From positions 341,632 through 405,631 of the IMG/VR virus record IMGVR_UViG_3300050821_002957: 64,000 nt of DNA, one strand, 5' to 3'. Made by a program: the position numbers and the translations under genes. The notes below the pieces were generated by a model. That model was not told where the DNA came from, did not search any database, and saw nothing but the letters and a program-made list of their open reading frames with translations. Of the stretch, positions 28,045-37,818 are shown in pieces. The first letter of the stretch is position 1; each line of letters starts with the position of its first letter.

Positions 28045-28956
28045 ATGAAGACCTTTGCCCAATTCATGACTGAAGATACGTCCAGCGGTTTCTACGCTTT
28101 TCGTAATCTTAACGCCCAAAGTGCAGAATTCCTCTATGGATGGATGCAGGAACATGGCATTCCTAATCCAATTCCAATGGATAAGCTGCATGTTACGGTA
28201 GTCTGTTCTGAAAACGATGTCCTGGGTTATACACCCGATCCGATGCCACTGCAAATTAGTCCAGCAACTTTTAAACTCGATATGATGAACGAAGCTCTGG
28301 TCATTAAATTCAAAAGTGATGCTCTGGAAGAGCAATGGCAACGAGCAATGAACATGGGTGCAAAGAGTCGATATCCAAAACTCACTCCCCACATCAGTCT
28401 TTCGTACAATGTTCCTCTCGATTACGACTATCATGATCTAAAGCCACCACCATCATTTTTGGTCTTTAATGAAGAGCAGATGCGACCTTTAATCGATGGC
28501 TGGGCGGCGGCAAACAATCTTCGTGAATATACAGGTGACATTATTTCAGACAGGCCGGGGATCTACGTTCCACAAAACAATCTGAACATTCCCCGAGAAG
28601 AGATGCCACAAATCGCCGATCACCACAAAATGGGCTTCGTCGATTGGCTAGAAGAGCAAGGAATTACAGTACAATTTTTAGATATTCCTGTGGCACTTCT
28701 TCGGTCGGTCCAGAATACTATCGACATGAAAAAGGTTCAGCATCTTGCAGATAAGATGCCAGATGCCGCCATGCGAAAGGCGGTTATTGTCTCCAAAGAT
28801 CTCTATATTTTAGATGGTCATCATCGTTGGCTTGCAATTTTGAATCGTGATCCTCATCAGACAATTGAAGCATATCGTGTAAATCTCCCAATCAAGGATC
28901 TACTCGCCATCGCTGGCAATTATCACCAAACCTCCTACAAACTCACAGCGGCTTAA
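28045..28956 (+). CDS. Acb1/gp57B-like 2H phosphodiesterase fused to a ParB-like domain, with capsid-targeting-like N-terminus
   Basis: LHVTVVCS and PHISLSY (2H motifs); IPREEMPQI, VSKDLYILDGHHRW; N-terminus MKTFAQFMTE. Confidence 0.8.
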   Translation: MKTFAQFMTEDTSSGFYAFRNLNAQSAEFLYGWMQEHGIPNPIPMDKLHVTVVCSENDVLGYTPDPMPLQISPATFKLDMMNEALVIKFKSDALEEQWQRAMNMGAKSRYPKLTPHISLSYNVPLDYDYHDLKPPPSFLVFNEEQMRPLIDGWAAANNLREYTGDIISDRPGIYVPQNNLNIPREEMPQIADHHKMGFVDWLEEQGITVQFLDIPVALLRSVQNTIDMKKVQHLADKMPDAAMRKAVIVSKDLYILDGHHRWLAILNRDPHQTIEAYRVNLPIKDLLAIAGNYHQTSYKLTAA

Positions 28957-29005
28957 CAACATACGGTATTTCTGGCGAAGTCTAAATACTTGCTCAGAGA
29001 ACCAT

Positions 29006-29260
29006 ATGATCAATTCACTGCCGCTATCGCTGCTTCAAGCTGCTCAAACCCTCGTCGAAACACAAGATGTTCTTGAGTCTTGCAAAGACTGCGGAGCGGT
29101 TTTAGGATCTTGCATTCATACCGATAACTTGAAAGAGGATAACCTTACAGCACTGGACGTGCCGGATGAGGACGCACCGACTGATCAATTGTCAGGTGAG
29201 AAGGAAGAAATCGTCATCAACCCCGAGTACAAAACCTTCACGCCACGGCGTCCTTACTAA
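29006..29260 (+). CDS. Small acidic late protein
   Basis: Late motif upstream; LSGEKEEIVINP. Confidence 0.55.
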   Translation: MINSLPLSLLQAAQTLVETQDVLESCKDCGAVLGSCIHTDNLKEDNLTALDVPDEDAPTDQLSGEKEEIVINPEYKTFTPRRPY

Positions 29261-29285
29261 TTTGAAATAGGGAGAACACAAAAAC

Positions 29286-32200
29286 ATGTCACTTTGGAAT
29301 AATCAAACCCCTCCGGTTCTGTACCCGGATGCTGTAGCAACGAACGCAGGTTGGGCACATCCCGTAACTGGTGAATTGCTCGTCTGTGTCACAGGTCTGT
29401 CCACATATAAGAATGAAGGCGCAGGCACACAGCTTGTCAATGCTCGAATCTTGGGCGCAAAAGCTCAGGGCGCAGATCCTATCGTCCACAAGAAAATCTT
29501 TGCTGCTGGCGACGTAATTGTTGTCGAAGCAATTTTCTTGGAGCCTGTCACAAAGACTGGCGGCACACCGACGATGGCAATCAACATCAACGGTAACTCT
29601 CGGACCTTTACCCAATTCACTGATCCGACCAATTTTGATGCAAAAACCAAGGACAAAGTAACTGGTTTCACGATCAGTGCTGGTGGTTCTGGATACTTGG
29701 TCGGTGATAAATTGACCTTCACTGGCGGTGGTGGTTCGAGCGCAGAAGCAGTTGTAGCAACAGTTTCAAGCGGCGCAATCACAGGCATCACATTGCTTGC
29801 TGGTGGTTCTGGATACACTTCGGCTCCGACAGTCGGCGGCGGAACTGGAACGGGAGCAACTATCGTAGCAAAACTCGGTTCACTTGCAAACGGCCCTGGA
29901 ACGAATCGTTGGCTCTTCGGATATACAGTTGCATCTAACGAAACCGCAACCTCGGCACAGATTATTTTCCCATCTAGCATCACTGGTGTCTTCGATACCA
30001 CTGAGGATGCTCTTGGAGCTTCGGCAGCAGGCACAGCCGTTATTGGAACTGGAGTAACTTCCGTAACAGTAAGCGCTGGTGGTTCTGGTTATACATCGGC
30101 ACCGAAAGTTAGCTTTACTGGCGGCACTCCAACGACACCAGCAACAGCAGTAGCAGTTCTTGATCAAAGTGTTGGTTCTATCGCAGTTACCGCAGGTGGT
30201 TCTGGATACACCAGCGCACCCACGGTTACCTTTACAGGTGGCGGTGGATCTAGCTCAGTCGCAACAGCAGTTCTTGCATCGAGTGGTTCAATCAAATCGA
30301 TCACGATCACAAACGGTGGTACAGGCGGAACAAACGGCACTGGTGTAGCAGTTTCGATCACTGGTGGCGGCGGCACTGGAGCAACAGCAACAGCAACAAT
30401 CGCAGGCGGTGTTGTCACAGTGATCACCATAACTGCTGGTGGTTCTGGATACACTTCGGCACCTACTGTCTCGGTAACGGGTCAGGCTGGCTCGCCGGTT
30501 TATGCTCCAGTCATTGGCAAGGTAGTCGCATCAGTCACAGTTGGCACCCCAGGAAGCGGATACACTTCGGCTCCGACCATTGGTTTCACTGGTGGTTCTG
30601 GAAGCGGCGCAACAGCAACGGCTACAATGGCAACATTGACTGATGTACTTGCTGTAACTGTCACGAACCCTGGTGTAGGCTATACGGGCACACCAACCGT
30701 TTCGTTCACTCCTCAGGGCGGTGGCGCAGCAGCAACAATCTCGGTACTTGGTGGAACTGAAGGTTCTGGCAATGTAACCGGCGTAACCATCACAAATGGT
30801 GGAACACTTTATACTACAGCCCCTTCAGTCACTACGACAAGCGGTGGTTCTGGTGTCACCTTCACAGCAGTTTTGACGGGTGGTGTTGTAACCAGCGTAA
30901 CTTTCAGTGGAACTGGTACTGGATACACAAACGGTGACGCTTTGATCTTCACTGGTGGTTTGGCAGGTAGTGGCGCAACGGCAACGGCAACGACCGCAGG
31001 CGCAGTTGAATCGGTCACTATCACAAACGGTGGCTCTGGATACTGGAATGTTCCTACAGTCGCCTTCAGTGGTGGCTCTGGAACTGGTGCAGCAGGCACC
31101 GCAGTAGTCAGCCACGGCAAAGTAACAAGTGTGACGATGACCAACCCAGGAACAGGTTATACTGGTGCTCCTACGGTTGCATTCACAGAGCCATCATCGG
31201 CAGTGACCAATCCAACTTTCAACGGAACACCTTCCGCAGCCGGATACACTGTAAATGGTGTCGCACCGACAATCACAGCAGCAGCAATCTCTGGTTACCA
31301 AACCGGAACAACCTTCGTTACAAACAACATTGTGACCTTGACTCTTACGACAAGCGTCCCGGTTTACGTAACTGGTTCTCCGTACATCACGCTTGAAATC
31401 AATAGCAACCCAGAAACGGCTTCGTATGTAAATGGCAGCGGTACAACTACTTTGATCTTCCAGTACGAAGTTCAAGCAAGTGACTTCTGCACGGCAACGG
31501 AATTTACCATCACTTCCCCAGTTGTTCTCAACAGTGGAACGATGACAGACTTCCAGGGCAATGCTTTGGTCTTGACCTTTACGGCACCTACTGTCACGGC
31601 AGTTGTTGTCAACAGTCCGCTGGTTCCTAGCTTCACAGCAGCAGCGGTAACTGGTGGTCCTGCATACACGACATCCGGCACGGTGACGATCACTTTGACG
31701 GCGAATGTCAACGCAACAGTAGTAACGACAAACGGTACGCCTTATATCGAATTGTACATCGGAAGCAGTGTCCAGCACGCTACCTATGCTTCTGGTACAG
31801 GCACAACGAGCTTGGTCTTCACTTATACAGTGGGTTCGGGCGACGTAGCTACACCAAGAGCATTCTCGATTGGTTCACAAATCTTCTTGGCAGGCGGCAC
31901 GATTCAAAATGCTTCGGCAGTCAACTTCCCAGCATTCTTTACGGCACCTGACACTTCGGAAGATACGGTCAATTCTGGTTCGATTGCAGCATGGGCAAGC
32001 TCGGCTATGAGTGGTTTCAACTCTGGCACTGCTTACATCACTGGAAACAACATCACATTGACGCTTACAGCAAGCGAAAATGCAACCGTCAGCACAGCAA
32101 ACGGTACGCCTTATATCGAATTGTACATCGGAAACGCAACACGTTTTGCAATCTACACTTCAGGTTCGGGAACAACAGCCTTGGTATTCAAGTACACGGC

Positions 32201-32345
32201 TCTTTCGACCGACTCGGCAGTAGCAAAGACCTTCTCTACCGGAGACCAGATCCTATTCAATGGCGGCTCTATCGTAGACGGTTCTTCAAATCACTTCCCT
32301 GAGGACTTCATCGTCCCAGCAACATCAACCATCACTGTCAACTAA
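29286..32345 (+). CDS. Large Gly/Thr-rich repeat virion (fibre/decoration) protein
   Basis: MSLWN start; many (T/S)xGGSGYTSAPTV repeats; C-terminal Ig-like repeats with GSGTTxLxFxY. Confidence 0.75.
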   Translation: MSLWNNQTPPVLYPDAVATNAGWAHPVTGELLVCVTGLSTYKNEGAGTQLVNARILGAKAQGADPIVHKKIFAAGDVIVVEAIFLEPVTKTGGTPTMAININGNSRTFTQFTDPTNFDAKTKDKVTGFTISAGGSGYLVGDKLTFTGGGGSSAEAVVATVSSGAITGITLLAGGSGYTSAPTVGGGTGTGATIVAKLGSLANGPGTNRWLFGYTVASNETATSAQIIFPSSITGVFDTTEDALGASAAGTAVIGTGVTSVTVSAGGSGYTSAPKVSFTGGTPTTPATAVAVLDQSVGSIAVTAGGSGYTSAPTVTFTGGGGSSSVATAVLASSGSIKSITITNGGTGGTNGTGVAVSITGGGGTGATATATIAGGVVTVITITAGGSGYTSAPTVSVTGQAGSPVYAPVIGKVVASVTVGTPGSGYTSAPTIGFTGGSGSGATATATMATLTDVLAVTVTNPGVGYTGTPTVSFTPQGGGAAATISVLGGTEGSGNVTGVTITNGGTLYTTAPSVTTTSGGSGVTFTAVLTGGVVTSVTFSGTGTGYTNGDALIFTGGLAGSGATATATTAGAVESVTITNGGSGYWNVPTVAFSGGSGTGAAGTAVVSHGKVTSVTMTNPGTGYTGAPTVAFTEPSSAVTNPTFNGTPSAAGYTVNGVAPTITAAAISGYQTGTTFVTNNIVTLTLTTSVPVYVTGSPYITLEINSNPETASYVNGSGTTTLIFQYEVQASDFCTATEFTITSPVVLNSGTMTDFQGNALVLTFTAPTVTAVVVNSPLVPSFTAAAVTGGPAYTTSGTVTITLTANVNATVVTTNGTPYIELYIGSSVQHATYASGTGTTSLVFTYTVGSGDVATPRAFSIGSQIFLAGGTIQNASAVNFPAFFTAPDTSEDTVNSGSIAAWASSAMSGFNSGTAYITGNNITLTLTASENATVSTANGTPYIELYIGNATRFAIYTSGSGTTALVFKYTALSTDSAVAKTFSTGDQILFNGGSIVDGSSNHFPEDFIVPATSTITVN
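31729..32133 (+). repeat. 36-bp exact direct repeat between duplicated Ig-like domains
   Basis: CAAACGGTACGCCTTATATCGAATTGTACATCGGAA at 31729-31764 and 32098-32133. Confidence 0.8.
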
Positions 32346-32370
32346 CGAACACAGTGATAAGCAAGACATT

Positions 32371-32405
32371 GGGCATCTCGTTCATTCGGGATGCCCTTTC
32401 TTTTT
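32371..32405 (+). terminator. Intrinsic terminator
   Basis: GGGCATCTCG-TTCATT-CGGGATGCCC then a T-rich tail. Confidence 0.8.
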
Positions 32406-32423
32406 GTCTAAATATCGTTTAAG

Positions 32424-33698
32424 ATGAAGAGTTATGTGGACATCGTAGAATTTGTACAACCACCACCAAACAATGGTGATCGTCCAATTACATGGACCGA
32501 AATAGCTCAACTTCGAGACTTTTTGGATCAATTGTGGGAGAAACTCGGCATCGATGTTTCTTTTACGAATCACTTCATGGAAAGAGTGAATGATCCTCGG
32601 AATAAGAAACAGATCACTCTAGCCGAACTATCGAAACTGTTCCTTCAGACGTACAAGCAGCATGGAAAGAACATCAGTCTCAAAGTTAAGCCAGAAAGTG
32701 ATGGCGAATTTGAAGCTGTTTTGACGGATCTAAGTACGAAGATAAATTTGCCGTTTGCGCTGGAATGGAACCGCAAACAAAGAGAATTGAAGATGGTTGC
32801 AAAGACGGTCATGCGAAAAGACAATTTCGTGCCGTCCTATAACAACGGTGGGCATCAGAAGACAGTTCCAAAGTTGACAGTACAGCATTTTGAACCGGAG
32901 AATACTATGAAAAGCAAAACTTATAGCGACCTGAAAGAGTGGGTAAATTCTGACGGCAGCAAACAATTGAACGAGTTTGTTGGCTTCGACACTCCAGAAG
33001 TGGCACCAATCGCTTCTACTCAAGCAGTCGATGACGTAGACTCTGCCGCCTTCGCTGTCGATCAACCGGAAATTTTGGACAAGCTCAACGCATACTGTGG
33101 CGAGATTGCAAATCATCAGTACATCAATCCATATTATCCTCTGAACGCACTCTGGAAGAAGCTCAGTATGGTCGGCATCAACTTCAATTTGAAGTCGGTC
33201 ATGTTGACTGGTCCGATGGGAAGCACGACAGTTCCTCTGAATCGGTTTGGTGGGCGCTACGGCACGTTAGGAGGCCCTGAATACGTCTCCCATGACGATG
33301 GCACCGGAATTCCTGGCGGGTTGTCCTTGATCGTTTCCTGGGCTAAGACTGGCGGTGTGTATTCTTTGAATGCTCACATCGAACACGGCTCGACGGCTAT
33401 GGGGTTCGGTGAGTCAGTCAATGAAGAACTTATTCATGGAAAAAAGTTGAACCCTGAACAACATAAAAAAGTGTTGTCTGCTTACGTCCACCGTCATACC
33501 GGAGAACACAAACCAGCATGGGCAAAGAAGCCAATGCAAAATGGACAAGCATATAAACCGACTCATGCTACAGATAAAGAATGGGTTCATGATCATGCCT
33601 TCCACTTCAATAAGGGTACTAACAATCTAAGCGCAAAACACAAGTACGCTGAACCTGGATTCATGGCCGAAGCAGATCAGCCTTTAAAAAAAAAGTAA
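32424..33698 (+). CDS. Multidomain late/head-associated hypothetical protein; probable -1 frameshift extension to 34024
   Basis: FTNHFMERVNDPRN domain; internal GGAG + ATG at 32907; ends A-AAA-AAG-TAA. Confidence 0.7.
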   Translation: MKSYVDIVEFVQPPPNNGDRPITWTEIAQLRDFLDQLWEKLGIDVSFTNHFMERVNDPRNKKQITLAELSKLFLQTYKQHGKNISLKVKPESDGEFEAVLTDLSTKINLPFALEWNRKQRELKMVAKTVMRKDNFVPSYNNGGHQKTVPKLTVQHFEPENTMKSKTYSDLKEWVNSDGSKQLNEFVGFDTPEVAPIASTQAVDDVDSAAFAVDQPEILDKLNAYCGEIANHQYINPYYPLNALWKKLSMVGINFNLKSVMLTGPMGSTTVPLNRFGGRYGTLGGPEYVSHDDGTGIPGGLSLIVSWAKTGGVYSLNAHIEHGSTAMGFGESVNEELIHGKKLNPEQHKKVLSAYVHRHTGEHKPAWAKKPMQNGQAYKPTHATDKEWVHDHAFHFNKGTNNLSAKHKYAEPGFMAEADQPLKKK

Positions 33699-34024
33699 CC
33701 GCTGAAGTAGCTCATCTTTCCCCTCAGAACAAACCGGGCGGATACTTCCATCAGGAGATCCGCCATCCTGGTAATCACTCATCCGTCAAGATCACAGCAG
33801 AAACCCCACAAGGACCATTTTACGTGCGCCTGTACACTCATTATGCGGACAAGCACACTGATAAGCACTCTCAGGAAAAGACACTCAAAGCTGCTTATGC
33901 ATGGGCATCGAAACATTTAGGTCTGCCAGTAAAGTTGAAAGAGATTGAAGACGATGAAGAGTCAAGAACATTACCTTCATCTTCACCGAATTCTATGATT
34001 GATACAGCTTTCGGGATTTACTAG
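33686..34024 (+). CDS. -1 frame extension of the upstream gene
   Basis: Frame open 33653-34024, no start codon until GTG 33824; begins at the slippery site. Confidence 0.55.
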   Translation, partial: KKKVTAEVAHLSPQNKPGGYFHQEIRHPGNHSSVKITAETPQGPFYVRLYTHYADKHTDKHSQEKTLKAAYAWASKHLGLPVKLKEIEDDEESRTLPSSSPNSMIDTAFGIY

Positions 34025-34043
34025 GTCTACATAGTTTCTGGAC

Positions 34044-34436
34044 ATGAATTTTCCACAACTTACGAATGAAAATATTTTGATGTTTGCTATGAAGCACTAT
34101 GATAATCCTGCTGCTCAAGGCATCCATGAATTCGCCGAAGACTTTGACCGAATCAAATACGTCAAACGATTGTTCAAGAGGTATCAACTCAAGACAGTTC
34201 TAAAGGAGCGGCTTATATTGAACCACATTATCATTGTCTATAATGTGTTTGGACCGGAAGCGGCGACGAGGATATTGTTCTTTCGCCTTGAATCTGATCT
34301 ATGGCCTATCTTAAAGACGTTTTTGGTGTTTTTAAACTTCATGCCAGATCGTATTCATGGGATAGATGGAAAAGACATCATTTCATCGGATATCACTCTA
34401 GACTTGCAGTTGATTGACAAATTGAGGAAGATTTAA
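34044..34436 (+). CDS. Conserved T4-like hypothetical protein
   Basis: FAMKHYDNP, EDFDRIKYVKRLF, ERLILNHII. Confidence 0.8.
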   Translation: MNFPQLTNENILMFAMKHYDNPAAQGIHEFAEDFDRIKYVKRLFKRYQLKTVLKERLILNHIIIVYNVFGPEAATRILFFRLESDLWPILKTFLVFLNFMPDRIHGIDGKDIISSDITLDLQLIDKLRKI

Positions 34437-35012
34437 ATGGGATTGGTTGATACTTACATTGTCTATCGTTTTGTTCGGCTGCTTACTACTCCGTGGGATG
34501 AGACTGATGCTTTTAGAGAAGGTGTCATTGACGGAAATGGGAAGCTCTTGATTGATACCGACAAGATGACTGACAAACAATCGGATGCATACACGTTGTT
34601 TGATCGATTGGTTTACAACATCAAACGTCTGATCGAAAAGATCCCAGGCGGAAAATCAAAAATTGGAACCTATGCTGCGGCGATGTATTTGTTCAAAGAG
34701 CAGATGGGTGATGAAGAGGGAAGAATCGTGCTAGAAAGAAGTTTCATGTCATATCTCAAGGAGAACGACGCCCTTGAAGGCGATTATCTCGCAGAGCAGT
34801 TCAAGCCAGAAGAGACACTACCTCAAGGCAACTATCGGGTCCTAAATACCATGATGGATGTACATGGCAATCTTGTCCAAAAAGGAACCATTGTCATTTC
34901 CCACAGCAACCAAAAGCCGACAGCCAAGGTGCTCGGAATCGATGTTTATGCTCTAAAGACATCCACAGGAAAAACGGTGGTGGTAAGTCATGAAGACATT
35001 TCAGAAATTTAG
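34437..35012 (+). CDS. Conserved T4-like hypothetical protein
   Basis: YRFVRLLTTPW, GVIDGNG, AYTLFDRLVYNIKRL. Confidence 0.8.
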   Translation: MGLVDTYIVYRFVRLLTTPWDETDAFREGVIDGNGKLLIDTDKMTDKQSDAYTLFDRLVYNIKRLIEKIPGGKSKIGTYAAAMYLFKEQMGDEEGRIVLERSFMSYLKENDALEGDYLAEQFKPEETLPQGNYRVLNTMMDVHGNLVQKGTIVISHSNQKPTAKVLGIDVYALKTSTGKTVVVSHEDISEI

Positions 35013-35841
35013 ATCCGACGCTCAATTGAACGAAGCATTAATCACTCGTGCGGAAGCAATAGCTGCATATGAGGAAGGTATCGCCGATGGTTCTATTCGT
35101 ATCTGTGAATCTTGTGGTTCTCCCAACTTGTTTGAGGTCGAGAAATTTGGAATGACTTGTGTGGACTGCGGAAATCGTGGTCCTGGTGTCGTTCCTGTTC
35201 GAGAGATCCAGGAACCGGACGAAGCACTTCAGAGTGGCTTTGACGAATCAGAAGATGGCTATCAAAAATTCTATGCCACACATTTCACCAAAAAGGGTGG
35301 AGCACATACTGACCGATTTGGACATGAATACACCGACGAACGCATAAAACAGATGCATCAACAGGGTGAGACGCCGGATACAGTATGGCCGAAACAATCT
35401 AAAGCAGCACATCGTAAACCATCCTGGATGAATGAAGATGGTGGCGCTGGTGGAGGGGCTGCTGGTGGTGGCGCAGGCGGTTCTGGTGGGGCTGGAGCAG
35501 GGAATGGGGCAGCAAGTGGCGCAGAATGCACTTGCACCGGCACAACGACGGCATCTGAGTCCTGCCCAATCCACGGTGTTGCGACTGGTTTCTATGGCGA
35601 TCCTTCGGGCGACCTTTACAAAAAGAAAAAGAAGGATAAAATTGAATACAACGAAGAAGCACCGACCAATAATGCTGGCTCTGGAAACATTGCCGGTATC
35701 GGTGTAGGTCCGCAAGGAGAACCCGGCGTCGATCCAGTTTATCAGAAGCTCCGCAAACAACTGAAGCTGATGAATGGTCCTGCTGTCGATCCTCGTATGT
35801 TCCAGGCAAAAATTTTTGGGCGTAAACCACCACAGATGTAA
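34990..35841 (+). CDS. Probable internal head protein
   Basis: MKTFQKF N-terminus, xNE sites, EEAPTNNAGSGNIAG. Confidence 0.6.
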   Translation: MKTFQKFRSDAQLNEALITRAEAIAAYEEGIADGSIRICESCGSPNLFEVEKFGMTCVDCGNRGPGVVPVREIQEPDEALQSGFDESEDGYQKFYATHFTKKGGAHTDRFGHEYTDERIKQMHQQGETPDTVWPKQSKAAHRKPSWMNEDGGAGGGAAGGGAGGSGGAGAGNGAASGAECTCTGTTTASESCPIHGVATGFYGDPSGDLYKKKKKDKIEYNEEAPTNNAGSGNIAGIGVGPQGEPGVDPVYQKLRKQLKLMNGPAVDPRMFQAKIFGRKPPQM

Positions 35842-36089
35842 TGCTCTCTTTCAGAGATTTCATAAAGCTAAAAACTAATCCATGTGAAGCATGTGGTGGC
35901 AGCGGTGTGTTCAATAATGCTCTGTGTTCTGGTTGTGCTGGTTGTGGAACCCGAGATTCTCTTGATGTGACATCTTCGGTATTTGGTCCTGGCTTTGCGG
36001 CTCCAAATGTAGACACAACACCGGACAAAAATCCTTGGTATGACGAAAAGGGTAATCAAATCAAAACTCCTGAACCAGAAACTCTATGA
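35841..36089 (+). CDS. Small Zn-finger protein
   Basis: MLSFRDFI start; CEACGGSG...CSGCAGCG. Confidence 0.5.
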   Translation: MLSFRDFIKLKTNPCEACGGSGVFNNALCSGCAGCGTRDSLDVTSSVFGPGFAAPNVDTTPDKNPWYDEKGNQIKTPEPETL

Positions 36090-36184
36090 AGTCGCCATGA
36101 AGAAGCCACACGTAAATGATGTATCTACCAAAGTTGACAGATCGCCGTTCCGTGCTGAAATGGTAGAGATACAAAAGCAATATC

Positions 36185-37261
36185 ATGTCACTCTTTGTAG
36201 ACGAGAAGTTCGTCAACAACATTTCGCACCAATTACGGAACTTCCACAAGAAGAAAAATTATCTGTGGAACTTTTCATGCCCAATTTGTGGTGATAGTGA
36301 AAAGAACCGGCTCAAGGCTCGTGGTTACATCTTTCGTGCCAAAGACAATCTGGTCTACAAGTGCCACAAATGTTCGGTCGCCCTTTCGTTCAGTGATCTT
36401 CTCAAAAGTTTAGATCCGCTGGTCTACAAAAAGTACGTCTATGAAACGTACCTAGAAAAGGGAGAGGCACCTACACCTATTGTAAAAAAAGCGAAGCCGG
36501 TTTTCAAGAAGAAAGAATACAAGCCAGCCAAGCCGACCGTGTTTGCTGGGTGTCCATCGATTGCAACACTTGATTCCACTCATCCGGCACGCAGCTACCT
36601 CGAATCCAGGCAGATCCCACAAAAATATTACGATGAACTTTATTGGACAGACGATTTTCCGGCGCTGGTCCAAAAGATTGATCCGACGAAGACAGATTTG
36701 AAAAAAGAGGGTCGCATTGTCATTCCATTTTTCGACCGGGATCATAACCTCCTGGCGATTCAGGGAAGGTCGCTTGATCCAGAGGCATTGGTACGATACA
36801 TCACCATCAAGGCTCATGAAAATGCTCCTCGGATCTATGGACTGAATCGTCTGTCCAAATCGTACAAGCGCATTTACGTCGTAGAAGGTCCATTCGACAG
36901 TCTTTTCCTTCCAAATTGTATTGCGATGGCAGGCAGCGACATCCCGGCAGAGTATCCACCGGAAAAGACTTTGATCATCTACGATAACGAACCACGCAAG
37001 CCAGAGACCGTCGAAAAAATTCGCAAGGCCATAGACCGTAACTATCGGGTCTGCATTTGGCCGGATAACCTTCACTACAAAGATATCAATCTAATGATCA
37101 TGAACGGCTATAAAGAGTCCATGATTCAGCAGATTGTTGATTCCAATTCGTACACCGGACTGGAAGCACGATTGAAACTACAACATTGGTCAAACCCCAA
37201 GGGAAACAGAAAGGATGGCACAACACAAGTTAATAACGAAAGACACAATCATCAGTTTTGA
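36185..37261 (+). CDS. gp61: DNA primase
   Basis: NFSCPICGDS, KARG, CHKC, IVIPF, QGRSL, VEGPFDSLF, DNEPR, KDIN. Confidence 0.95.
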   Translation: MSLFVDEKFVNNISHQLRNFHKKKNYLWNFSCPICGDSEKNRLKARGYIFRAKDNLVYKCHKCSVALSFSDLLKSLDPLVYKKYVYETYLEKGEAPTPIVKKAKPVFKKKEYKPAKPTVFAGCPSIATLDSTHPARSYLESRQIPQKYYDELYWTDDFPALVQKIDPTKTDLKKEGRIVIPFFDRDHNLLAIQGRSLDPEALVRYITIKAHENAPRIYGLNRLSKSYKRIYVVEGPFDSLFLPNCIAMAGSDIPAEYPPEKTLIIYDNEPRKPETVEKIRKAIDRNYRVCIWPDNLHYKDINLMIMNGYKESMIQQIVDSNSYTGLEARLKLQHWSNPKGNRKDGTTQVNNERHNHQF

Positions 37262-37817
37262 CATTGAGACTACAGGTCTTGTCGGCGGAATTCATTCTAT
37301 GATTGCGCTCGGAGCCGTAGCCTATCGAGATGGAAAAGAAGTCAGTCATTTTTATGGCTGTCTTAAGGAATGGGATGGTTCAGAAAGAGATGTAGATACG
37401 ATGCTCTTTTGGCAGCGTAACCGGGCGGAATGGGATCGGATTAGAAAAGAATCCCGAGATCCCCAAGAAGTAATGCAAGAGTTTGCAGCATGGGTTGATA
37501 CTCTTCCAGCACCACGCACATTAGCTGCATGGCCTGCAAGTTTCGACACTGCATTCTTGTTCTTCTACCTGGAAAAGTTTGTCGGGGGAAACATCGTAAA
37601 TCGGTTGTTCGAGCGGTATCGTGCCTTGGACATTCGGTCGTTTGTTTCGTGTTTGTTGGCAGTACCGTATTCAGAAGCAGAACGGAAGTTGTTGCCGCAA
37701 GAATGGAAAGAAAATACTTCGTACACTCATAACGCATTGGATGATGCCCGTCAGCAAGGTGTCACATTGATGAACATCCTGAAAGCAAGTGTCGGAGAGC
37801 TTGAACTAGGAGCATAA
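37215..37817 (+). CDS. DEDDh 3'-5' exonuclease
   Basis: SFDIETTG, SFD, HNALDDA. Confidence 0.85.
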   Translation: MAQHKLITKDTIISFDIETTGLVGGIHSMIALGAVAYRDGKEVSHFYGCLKEWDGSERDVDTMLFWQRNRAEWDRIRKESRDPQEVMQEFAAWVDTLPAPRTLAAWPASFDTAFLFFYLEKFVGGNIVNRLFERYRALDIRSFVSCLLAVPYSEAERKLLPQEWKENTSYTHNALDDARQQGVTLMNILKASVGELELGA

Positions 37818-37818
37818 A

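Noticed and set aside
29660-31170. Recurring GGTGGTTCTGGATACAC repeats as a possible CRISPR array or DGR
   Set aside because: They encode in-frame GGSGYT protein repeats with synonymous variation and irregular spacing; no cas or reverse transcriptase gene is present.
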